Shown here piece after piece: positions 18,753 to 26,805 of a stretch of 32,000 nt of DNA. The notes under the pieces are model-generated. The model ran no database searches. It was given only the letters and a program-made list of their open reading frames with translations, and was not told the origin of the DNA. The stretch lies in contig CAWKKR010000001.1 in assembly GCA_963850305.1 (NCBI GenBank), positions 283,931-315,930 of the forward strand, read 5' to 3'. Position numbers and translations under genes: made by a program. Within the stretch, counting starts at the first letter, position 1. Each line of letters begins with the position of its first letter. The DNA is from an uncultured delta proteobacterium (GTDB lineage: Bacteria > Myxococcota_A > Polyangia > Polyangiales > Polyangiaceae).

Positions 18753-20249
18753 TCAGGATGGGGACGCACGCGCGTCTTCGCGGGCGCGCTCGATGGCAGT
18801 CGTCAGCTCCCGTACGTCGAACGGCTTCACGAGTGAACGAGCGACCCGGTCCGGTGGCCCGAGCACGGTGCGGCTCGCCGACATGAGAACGATTCCGATG
18901 TCCGGGCGCTCGCCGCGGAACTGCTCCGCGAGCTCGCGCCCATCGCCATCGCCCAGCTTCACGTCGAGAACGGCGACATCGATCGTGTCGCGATACTGCG
19001 CGAAGAGCCGCCGGCACTCGGCGGCGCTCATGGCGGCGTAAACGGAGTGCCCCATGCGGCGAAGCTGGCGAGCGACGGCGCCGACGAGCGCGACCTCGTT
19101 GTCGGCGAGCAGCACGAGCGCCGGGGAAACATTGCGGACGGGTTCGAGTGCGATCGGCGCCGTCTCCCGCACCACGGCCGTCGGTGGCCACGTCACCCGG
19201 AACTCCGCGCCACCACCGCTCCGGTCTCCGACCGTCACTTCTGCGCCCGTGGTCCGTGCCACGGCTTCGACTATCGCGAGACCCAACCCCGTTCCCCAAC
19301 CGGCGCCCGAATCGCCTTCGCCCGGGCGCCGCTTCGTGGTGAAATACGGCTGGAAAATGCGCTCCCTCAGCTCAGCGGGAACGCCCGGGCCGTGATCTGC
19401 GACCACGAGCTCGACGCCGCCCTCCGGCGTGGGGCCGAGCGTAACCTCGATGCCACCCGCGTGGAGTCGCGTGGCGTCGCGCGCATTCACGAGGAGATTC
19501 AGCACGAGCTGATGCAGGCGAGCGCGATCCCCGACGACCTCCGGAGTGTCGCTCGTGATGTCGAGGATGATCGGCACCGCGCTCGAACCGCGACCGAGCA
19601 CGGCCGCCGCGGCACGCACCTCAGCCGCCAGCGAGATGGGACGCCAGCTGCCCGTCTCGTCGAAGGCGATCGCCCGCAACGAGCGCGCGAGCGACGCCCC
19701 GCGCTCGGCTTCCTCGATGATAGAGACGAAGTCCGCGGATGGATCGCCGGTCCCGTCGTGCGCGTCCGCCGCGCCGGCCTGGGCGGTCGCGACGATCGCG
19801 GCCAGCAGGTTGTTTAGATCGTGCGCGAGGCCCCCCGCAAACCGCGCTATGGTCTCGCTGCGTTCGCGCTGCGCACGCGAGGTCGCCTGGGTCACGCGCT
19901 CGGTGAAGTCCACGAGCAACACGAGAAACCGATCGCCTTCGAGCGCGGCCCCGTAGGCCTGCACGCTCATCTGCAGATTGCCTTCGAGCCGAATCACGAG
20001 ATCCTTGACGTCGAACCGTCGGCGCTCGGATAAAAGTGTCGCGACGAGGTTTCGAAGACCCGGGCTCGCGGACTCGAAAACGCCGTCGATATCGAGCCCC
20101 ACCACGGACCCGAAGAGGGATTGGAACTGCTTGTTCGCCTCGAGAACACATCCACGCCCGTCAACGATGACTTGAGGTACGGGCGCGCAGTCGAACGCTT
20201 CGTCGAACATTCTGGGGCTCGCGCGTCGATGGGCGTCGGGCACTTTCAC
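18753..20249 (-). CDS. Hybrid sensor histidine kinase (PAS - HisKA - HATPase_c - receiver)
   Basis: A PAS-like N-terminus (FDCAPVPQVIVDGRGCVLEANKQFQSLFG) is followed by the H-box FAGGLAHDLNNLLAAI. The CA domain has LVLNLLVNARDA...VADHGPGVP...GTGLGLAIV. The C-terminal receiver reads LVLLADNE...VAVLDVKLGDGDG...VLMSA...VKPF. The start is GTG 20249 or ATG 20210. Confidence 0.9.
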   Translation of the reverse strand: MKVPDAHRRASPRMFDEAFDCAPVPQVIVDGRGCVLEANKQFQSLFGSVVGLDIDGVFESASPGLRNLVATLLSERRRFDVKDLVIRLEGNLQMSVQAYGAALEGDRFLVLLVDFTERVTQATSRAQRERSETIARFAGGLAHDLNNLLAAIVATAQAGAADAHDGTGDPSADFVSIIEEAERGASLARSLRAIAFDETGSWRPISLAAEVRAAAAVLGRGSSAVPIILDITSDTPEVVGDRARLHQLVLNLLVNARDATRLHAGGIEVTLGPTPEGGVELVVADHGPGVPAELRERIFQPYFTTKRRPGEGDSGAGWGTGLGLAIVEAVARTTGAEVTVGDRSGGGAEFRVTWPPTAVVRETAPIALEPVRNVSPALVLLADNEVALVGAVARQLRRMGHSVYAAMSAAECRRLFAQYRDTIDVAVLDVKLGDGDGRELAEQFRGERPDIGIVLMSASRTVLGPPDRVARSLVKPFDVRELTTAIERAREDARASPS

Positions 20250-20336
20250 TCGCGCTGCCCATCCGGACGATCCATTTGGACCTTACCACTGTTCTCTAGT
20301 GCAAAGCCTCCGGAACCGGTGCTATCTCCGAAGCCC

Positions 20337-20784
20337 ATGCCTACACTCTCTGACATGCTCGGTGTGGAACCGAATCGTGGCGCGGTCGTCGAAGATGCGT
20401 GTCGCGTTCTCGATCAGGAGGTTTCGGACAAGAGCGGGCTCGGCGGCCTTGCCATCAAGGCGGCGTATGGAGTCATCAAGGGGATCAAGCCTGGCTTCGT
20501 TCGGGAGGTGGTGGATGGGTTGCTCGACGAGTTTCTGAAGTCCCTGGAGCCCTTCTACCAAGACGCTTTGGCCAGGGGAGCCAAGCCCAGTGTCGTGTTG
20601 CAGTCGAACGCCAGCGGCGTCGCGGACGCCCTGCTAGCCGTGACGGACGGTAAGGCCGCCCGCGCCCAGCGTCCTGTGATCGAAATCAACGTACGAGAAG
20701 CTGCGTCCCTCCGCCAAGAAGCAGGTGGAAGTCGCCGTTCCACGCCTCGGAGCGATGCTTGACCGGCATGCGACGGCAGGCTGA
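20337..20784 (+). CDS. Conserved hypothetical protein (small soluble helical protein), interrupted as written by an apparent +1 frame break near 20680..20686
   Basis: ATG 20337 gives MPTLSDMLGVEPNRGAVVEDACRVLDQEVSDKSGLGGLAIKAAYGVIKGIKPGFVREVVDGLLDEFLKSLEPFYQDAL...ADALLAVTDGKAARAQRPVIE. The as-read tail to 20762 has low GC3 and is Arg/Ser-rich. The +1 frame reads STYEKLRPSAKKQVEVAVPRLGAMLDRHATAG with a stop at 20782..20784 and high GC3. Confidence 0.6.
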
Positions 20785-20956
20785 GCGGCGCGCCGCGTCA
20801 GGGTGGGCTGGAGCCCGCAGGCTGCGGGGACGATGCCTTGACAATGCGCTTCCGCCGGGACAATTAGCGGGCGCGTGTCGGCCCGGCCATCCGGAGCCGG
20901 ACCGCGAGAGCCGCCTTCGGTAGCTGGCGGCGTAGAGAGAAAGGCCCGTCGTACTC

Positions 20957-22833
20957 ATGGCGACACAGCAGGAGCCCATCGTATCGGGCTCGACCTCTGC
21001 CCACCCCGTTCTGAAACACATCGAAGGGGCAGTCGTTCGTTTCTGCGGCGATTCGGGAGATGGGATGCAAGTGACCGGCTCCCAGTTCACGACCACGGCG
21101 GCGATGGTCGGCAACGACCTCTCGACGTTCCCCGACTTCCCCGCGGAAATCCGCGCACCAGCCGGCACGCTCTATGGCGTATCCGGGTTCCAGATCAATT
21201 TCTCGTCGCAGCACGTCTTCACACCCGGGGACGCCCCTGACGTCCTCGTCGCGATGAACCCCGCGGCGTTGAAGACGAACGTAAAAGATCTGCGCCCAGG
21301 CGGTTTGCTCATCGTGAACAGCGGCGCGTTCAACGGGCAGAACCTCAAGAAGGCAGGTTACGCCAAGAGCCCGCTCGAGGACGAGTCGCTCTCCGCGTAT
21401 CGGCTGTTGCCGATCGACGTGACGAAGAACACGCTCGCGGCCGTCGAAGGCACGGGGCTCTCGACGAAGGAGGCGGGGCGCTGCAAGAATTTCTGGACCC
21501 TCGGCCTGATGTACTGGATTTACGACCGGCCGCTGGAGCCGACGCTCCGCTGGATCGACGACAAGTTCAAGAAGCGTCCCGACATCGCGAAGGGCAACGT
21601 TCAGGCCCTGAAAGCGGGACACGCTTTCGGCGAGACGATCGAAATCTCGCACGAGCGGTACGTGGTCCCGCCCGCTCCCGTCGAGAAGGGCGAGTACTGC
21701 AACATCTCCGGAAATACCGCCACCGCGTGGGGGTTCATCGCGGCAACGGAGCTTGCCGACATCAATCTCGTGCTCGGTTCATATCCCATCACGCCGGCGA
21801 GCGACGTCCTCCACGAGCTCAGCCGCTACAAGCAATTCGGAGTCACCACGGTTCAGGCCGAGGATGAGATCGCGGCGGTGTGCGCCGCGATCGGCGCGTC
21901 CTACGCGGGCCGTCTCGGCGTCACTTCCACGAGTGGTCCCGGACTCGCGCTCAAGATGGAGGCCATCGGGCTCGCGGTTGCCATCGAGCTTCCGCTCGTC
22001 GTCCTCGACGTTCAGCGCGCCGGGCCAAGCACCGGCATGCCCACGAAGACGGAGCAGGCCGATCTCCTGCAGGCCGTATACGGAAGAAACAGCGAAGCGC
22101 CCGTGTGCGTGCTGGCCGCGTCGACGCCCGGCGATTGTTTCTACATGGCCATCGAGGCGTGCCGGATTGCCACGAAGTTCATGACACCGGTGATCCTCCT
22201 CACCGACGGATATCTCGCGAACGGTGCCGAGCCCTGGAAGATCCCGGAAGTGGACTCGCTCCCGCGCTTCCCGGTGAAGTTTCGGACGGAGCCCGACGGC
22301 TTTCATCCTTTCGCGCGGGACACCGCGACGCTCGCGCGGAACTGGGCGATCCCCGGCACCCCCGGTCTCACGCACCGCATCGGGGGCATCGAGAAGGACT
22401 TCGACTCCGGTCACATCTCGTACGATCCGCGCAACCACGAGAAGATGTCGCGCACGCGCGCCGCCAAGGTGGCCGGCATCGCGAACGACGTGCCCGAGCA
22501 GAAGATCGCCGTCGGCGAAGACCACGGCAAGCTGTTGGTCCTGGGCTGGGGCTCCACGTACGGCGCGATCCACGAGGCGGTCCGGCGCTGCCGCGCGCGC
22601 GGGCTCGACGTGTCGCATGCCCACCTGAACTACCTCAACCCGATGCCGCGAAACCTGGGTGACCTCCTCAAGCGGTTCGATCGCGTGCTCGTGCCCGAGC
22701 TGAACCTGGGGCAACTCGTGCAACTCCTGCGCAGCCGGTACCTCGTCCCGGCCGAGTCCCTGCCAAAATCCAGGGACAGCCGTTCCGAATCGAAGAGCTC
22801 GAAGAGAAGATTCGCCAGATGATGGAGAGCTGA
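20957..22833 (+). CDS. korA: 2-oxoglutarate/2-oxoacid:ferredoxin oxidoreductase, alpha subunit (fused gamma-alpha type); apparent -1 frame break about 22 codons before the end
   Basis: VRFCGDSGDGMQVTGSQFT...FPDFPAEIRAPAGTLYGVSGFQI...GNTATAWGFIAA...GSYPITPASD...VQAEDEIAA...AGPSTGMPTKTEQADL...LVLGWGSTYGAI...LVPELNLGQLVQLLRSRYLV is the KorA pattern. The track ORF ends at 22822 with a Ser/Arg/Lys-rich tail. The alternative frame gives KIQGQPFRIEELEEKIRQMMES with a stop at 22831..22833, 2 nt before the korB ATG. Confidence 0.9.
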
Positions 22834-22835
22834 TC

Positions 22836-23855
22836 ATGTCCTACGTCATTCCGCCGAAGCTCACGAAGAAAGACTTCGAGACCGACCAGGATGTCCGCTG
22901 GTGTCCGGGCTGCGGGGATTATTCGATCCTCGCGAACGTCCAGAAGCTCATGCCGGAGCTCGGGATCCCGCGCGAGAACATCGTCTGGGTGAGCGGCATC
23001 GGCTGCTCGAGCCGGTTCCCGTACTACATGAACACTTACGGGTTCCACACGATCCATGGCCGCGCGCCCGCATTCGCGACGGGTATCAAGGTCGCGAATC
23101 CGGAGCTCGCCGTGTGGCTGGCAACGGGCGACGGCGACGGCCTCAGCATCGGCGGCAACCAGCTGATGCATTGCCTCCGCCGCAACGTGGAAGTGAAGAT
23201 CCTCCTCTTCAACAACCGGATCTACGGACTCACCAAGGGGCAATATTCGCCCACGAGCGAGCTCGGAAAGGTCACGAAGAGCACTCCGTACGGCTCCGCG
23301 GATCACCCCCTGGACCCGTGCGTGTTCGCCCTCGGCGCGGGCGCGAGTTTCGTCGGGCGGACCGTGGACGTTCAGGCGAAGGAGTTTGCCACCGTGCTGA
23401 AGCGCGCCGCGCTCCACAAGGGCGGGACGTTCACGGAGATCTACCAGAACTGCAACGTCTTCAACGACGACGCCTTCGCCAGCTTCACCGAGAAGGCCGT
23501 GAAGGAAGATCGCCAGATCTTCGTCGAGCACGGGCAGCCGCTCCTCTTCGGCGAGGGGAAGAAGAAGGGGCTTCGCGTCGATCCGCGGACGCTTTCGCTC
23601 CGGGTCGTCACGCTGGGCGAGAACGAAGTGACGGAGAGCGAAATCCTCGTCCACGACGAGAAGAACGCGACCATCGCGACGATGCTTGCGCGCATGCCAT
23701 TCCCCGATTTTCCGATTGCCATGGGAGTCCTGTTCGCGTCCGAACGTCCGATTTACGAGCAGACGCTGGTCGAGCAGCGCAGCCGCGCGAGGACGCGGGC
23801 TGGCGAGGGCAGCCTCCGGAAATTGCTCCATTCTGGCGAGACCTGGACGGTCTGA
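22836..23855 (+). CDS. korB: 2-oxoglutarate/2-oxoacid:ferredoxin oxidoreductase, beta subunit (TPP-binding)
   Basis: WCPGCGDYSIL...VSGIGCSSRFPYYMNTYGFHTIHGRAPAFATG...ATGDGDGLSIGGNQLMH..RRN...LLFNNRIYGLTKGQ.SPT is the canonical KorB/OorB TPP motif region. Confidence 0.93.
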   Translation: MSYVIPPKLTKKDFETDQDVRWCPGCGDYSILANVQKLMPELGIPRENIVWVSGIGCSSRFPYYMNTYGFHTIHGRAPAFATGIKVANPELAVWLATGDGDGLSIGGNQLMHCLRRNVEVKILLFNNRIYGLTKGQYSPTSELGKVTKSTPYGSADHPLDPCVFALGAGASFVGRTVDVQAKEFATVLKRAALHKGGTFTEIYQNCNVFNDDAFASFTEKAVKEDRQIFVEHGQPLLFGEGKKKGLRVDPRTLSLRVVTLGENEVTESEILVHDEKNATIATMLARMPFPDFPIAMGVLFASERPIYEQTLVEQRSRARTRAGEGSLRKLLHSGETWTV

Positions 23856-23945
23856 GCTCCGTTCGGTTCAGCCCGAACGCGACCACTTCGAGCCGCCGTG
23901 GTTCGTGCAACAAGCATTGCTGACCTGGAATCGCGCGGCGAGCGA

Positions 23946-25553
23946 TCAGACGGTCTTCAATCGACGCTTGCTGGTCTCGCCCGGGCGCGTCGCAGGAGGT
24001 TCGCTGGATCGCCGTGAACGAGCGACGTCACTCTCGAGGATCGGCGAGAAGAAGTTGTCTTTCTTGACATTCTCGTCCGGCGAGAACGCGAACTTGTAAC
24101 TGGGCTCAGCGCGCTGCGAACAATCCGTGCGCTCGCAAAACCGACAGGTGACGCCGACGGGAACGGCGATGCGCGCCGCGTGCTCGGGCACCCAGCGCGG
24201 GGAATCGTCTGCGTAGCCGATGTGGTGCGCGTCCTCCGCGTGGGTCCCGAGACCGATCGAGTATACCGTCCCCTTCACGAGCGAGCCTTGCACCGGCGTC
24301 GCGTTCACCTTCGCAAAGCAGAAGAATGCCGTGCCGTCCGGCATCACGCTGAACTGACGCGAGATCGTGCTGGGCGTCAGAAAAGCAGTGTGCACGACCC
24401 ACTTTGGGCACGAGCCGAGGCCGACCGGGAACCCGAGACCCGTGGCGGAGTAACGCTTGGAGATATTTCCGCCCACGTCGACGCGAAGGAAGTGCATCGG
24501 CACGCCGCGGCGCTTCGTATCCGAGAGATTCGTGAGCCGGTGCGCGATGGCCTCGTAGCTCATCTCGAAGAGCCCCGAGAGTCCCTCGACGTCGTAGCGC
24601 GTGCGCTGCGCCTCTCGATGAACGTCCTCGTACGGCAGGAGCAGCGCGCCCGCAAAATAGTTCGCGAGATGAATCTTCACGAGTCGCGGGGTCTCCGGGT
24701 GACGAGCGTCGAAGGATTCCGCGATCGAGCGATCGAGGCCGAGCTCGGCGATCCGGCGAAGGCCGATGACGTGCGCGAGGTCGAACTTGCGGCGAGCTTC
24801 CGAGAGGTCCGCGGACAGAGCAAGCTTCCCCGAGCTTGCGTCGTAATATCGGACCACGCTCGACGAATGGCCGGGCGGAAGGACGCTCACCTGCACGCCC
24901 AGCCCCTCGAGCGCGCGGACTAGAGTGTCGCTGTGCACGCGGCGCTCGAGCCCGAAATCGCGACGCGCCCCGCCGCTGGCCTCCTCGAGTTCGGGGAAAT
25001 AGTTCCGGTGTTCTTGCAGAAAATCGACGACCTCGTCGAGGGGCGAATAGTCGGAATGGAGCGCCGGCTCTTCGGCGCCGGGCCGGCGCACGAACGACGC
25101 TCGCGCCTTCTCGCCGGCCTCGCGACGCGAGAGGAGCTGCTGGAGCTTCTCGAGCTGGCTCCGGGTGTTCTTGTAGAGGTTGAAGAGCGTGGTCACCGTC
25201 GTGACGGCCATAGGCTCGGCGCTGATCGTCGCGACATCGTCGCGATCCAGGTTGAGCGAGCGCAGGAGAGGTTCGTCGAGCAGGAGGGCGAGGCTCTGCT
25301 CCACCGGCTTTTCGCCCAGACCGTCCAAGAACGGTTCCGGCTCGACGCGAAGGAGCTCGAGCGCCTTCCACAGGAGGGGGAGCTGGACCGTGCGCCGGCC
25401 TTTCTCGATGAGGTTCAGGTACGACGCCGAAATCCCGAGTCTGCGTGCAAAGTCAGCCTGGGATTCGGCGCGATCGAGCCGCAGCTCGCGGAGACGCTGC
25501 CCCACCGCGGCGTTTCGAATACCGAGATTCGCCGCAGACGGGGTCATCTTCAC
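23946..25553 (-). CDS. Short-chain fatty acyl-CoA regulator family protein (XRE HTH + ImmA/IrrE-like + DUF2083; RamB/PrpR type)
   Basis: The N-terminal HTH is VGQRLRELRLDRAESQADFARRLGISASYLNLIEKGRR. The central region has HVIGL...ANYFAGALLLPY and the C-terminal Cys-rich region has SCPKW...CRFCERTDCSQRAEPS, matching the architecture of mycobacterial RamB/PrpR as I recall it. The start is GTG 25553 or ATG 25547. Confidence 0.8.
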   Translation of the reverse strand: MKMTPSAANLGIRNAAVGQRLRELRLDRAESQADFARRLGISASYLNLIEKGRRTVQLPLLWKALELLRVEPEPFLDGLGEKPVEQSLALLLDEPLLRSLNLDRDDVATISAEPMAVTTVTTLFNLYKNTRSQLEKLQQLLSRREAGEKARASFVRRPGAEEPALHSDYSPLDEVVDFLQEHRNYFPELEEASGGARRDFGLERRVHSDTLVRALEGLGVQVSVLPPGHSSSVVRYYDASSGKLALSADLSEARRKFDLAHVIGLRRIAELGLDRSIAESFDARHPETPRLVKIHLANYFAGALLLPYEDVHREAQRTRYDVEGLSGLFEMSYEAIAHRLTNLSDTKRRGVPMHFLRVDVGGNISKRYSATGLGFPVGLGSCPKWVVHTAFLTPSTISRQFSVMPDGTAFFCFAKVNATPVQGSLVKGTVYSIGLGTHAEDAHHIGYADDSPRWVPEHAARIAVPVGVTCRFCERTDCSQRAEPSYKFAFSPDENVKKDNFFSPILESDVARSRRSSEPPATRPGETSKRRLKTV

Positions 25554-25647
25554 AAGTTGACATTAAAGCGCGACTTTCGCGACCCCGCCGAAGTCAGATT
25601 GCGCTGACGGGCGACATCGGGCGCGAGATTGAGTATGAAGGCGCCCC

Positions 25648-25782
25648 ATGCCTCAGGACTCTCGAGCACGAAATCGTCAGAAACGCCGTCGCGCCAGGAA
25701 AAATGGCCTCTGGGAGCGCAACCGCGCCGCGGAAAACGCCGAAGCCGACAAGCCGAAAGCGCCCGCCAAGAAGGCAACGTAG
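25648..25782 (+). CDS. Candidate small basic ORF (44 aa), speculative
   Basis: Too short for the ORF track. ATG 25648 lies 6 nt after GAAGG (25637..25641). It reads MPQDSRARNRQKRRRARKNGLWERNRAAENAEADKPKAPAKKAT and sits in a 290-bp gap between two minus-strand genes. GC3 is only moderately high and no family is recognised. Confidence 0.2.
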   Translation: MPQDSRARNRQKRRRARKNGLWERNRAAENAEADKPKAPAKKAT

Positions 25783-25842
25783 CTATCCGCGGCGGGGCGG
25801 CCCCTCGATTTCTGGCAGCGCCGAGGCGATCGGCCCCCGACC

Positions 25843-26805
25843 TCAGCTCCGCCTGAGTTCGTTCACGGCGCCGACCGCCGTGGCCCCTCTCGAGACGCAC
25901 GCTTCGAGTTGGGCGAGAACCGCCGCTTTGCCGCCGAGATCCTCGACGCCCTGCTCGCCCCATCTTTGAAGGAGGAGGCGGAGCGCCCAGCTCGCGGTTG
26001 CGCGACGCCGCCTGCCGGCAAGGGTTCCCCCCTCGATCATGTTTCTTCGATGCTCATCGAGGACGGCGAGCAGCTCGGCGACGCCGGTCTGCTTCGTGGC
26101 GCTGGTGGCGATGACCTTCGGGACACCGACGCCGGTACCGGACTGGATCGCGGCGAGCGCGGACGAAAGCTCGGCGACGGCACGTTCCGCGATCGAGCCG
26201 AGGTCGGCCTTGTTCACCGCGAAGACGTCGGGAACTTCGATGATGCCCGCCTTCAGGAACTGGAGGACGTCGCCGGAGCCTGGCTGGATCACCATGAGCA
26301 CGGTGTCCGTCACGTGTTCGACGTCGGTCTCGCTCTGTCCGACGCCCGTGGTTTCGACCACGACCACGTCGTAAGCAGACGCAAGTACGTCGATGGCGGC
26401 GCCCGCCGCACGCGCGAGACCGCCGAGGTCGCCGCCAGAGGCCATCGATCGCACGAAGAGCCCGAGATCGTCGGGGTCGATGTCGATCCGCGCGCGATCA
26501 CCGAGGAGAGCGCCGCCGCTGCGTGGACTCGACGGATCGACGGCCAGGACGCCGACCGTTCGCCCCGACGAACGGATCTGATGAACGAGCGCCGACACGA
26601 GGGTGCTCTTGCCGACGCCCGGCGGCCCGGTGATGCCGATCCGAGCTGCCCGGAGCGGGTCTGTCTCGCGAACGAGCGCGCGCAAGAGGTCGACGATCGA
26701 CGATTGTGCGGACGGGCGACGGTCTTCCACGAGCGAGATCGCGCGCGCCACGGCGCCCGATTCCCGGTTGGCTACGCGCCGCGCGAGCTCTTCGGGGACG
26801 CTCAC
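25843..26805 (-). CDS. meaB: Methylmalonyl-CoA mutase-associated G3E GTPase (MeaB/ArgK)
   Basis: The P-loop is GITGPPGVGKSTLVSAL. Also present are LAVDPSSPRSGGALLGD, ETTGVGQSE and VNKADL (the NKxD motif). The GTG start (26805) overlaps the mutase TGA (GTGA). Confidence 0.92.
   Translation of the reverse strand: MSVPEELARRVANRESGAVARAISLVEDRRPSAQSSIVDLLRALVRETDPLRAARIGITGPPGVGKSTLVSALVHQIRSSGRTVGVLAVDPSSPRSGGALLGDRARIDIDPDDLGLFVRSMASGGDLGGLARAAGAAIDVLASAYDVVVVETTGVGQSETDVEHVTDTVLMVIQPGSGDVLQFLKAGIIEVPDVFAVNKADLGSIAERAVAELSSALAAIQSGTGVGVPKVIATSATKQTGVAELLAVLDEHRRNMIEGGTLAGRRRRATASWALRLLLQRWGEQGVEDLGGKAAVLAQLEACVSRGATAVGAVNELRRS

Noticed and set aside
20838-20866. TTGACA hexamer upstream of korA as a sigma-70 promoter
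   Set aside because: The -35 is perfect, but 17-18 nt downstream there is only CAATTA/AATTAG, a poor -10, so I did not call it as a feature. It may still be real in an organism with relaxed -10 requirements.
21779-23831. 352-aa and 387-aa minus-strand ORFs
   Set aside because: They lie antisense to korA and korB and have a shadow-ORF composition (Arg/His/Asp-rich, no domain signatures).
23861-23878. Hairpin GTTCGG-TTCAGC-CCGAAC between convergent korB and the regulator gene
   Set aside because: The stem is only 6-7 bp and there is no U-tract on either strand, which is too weak to call a terminator.
24106-25371. 421-aa minus-strand ORF in another frame of the regulator gene; also the plus-strand ORFs 24180..24923 and 24933..25607
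   Set aside because: They are Arg/Pro/Gly-rich with no motifs. The 23946..25553 frame carries the HTH, ImmA-like and Cys-rich DUF2083 features.
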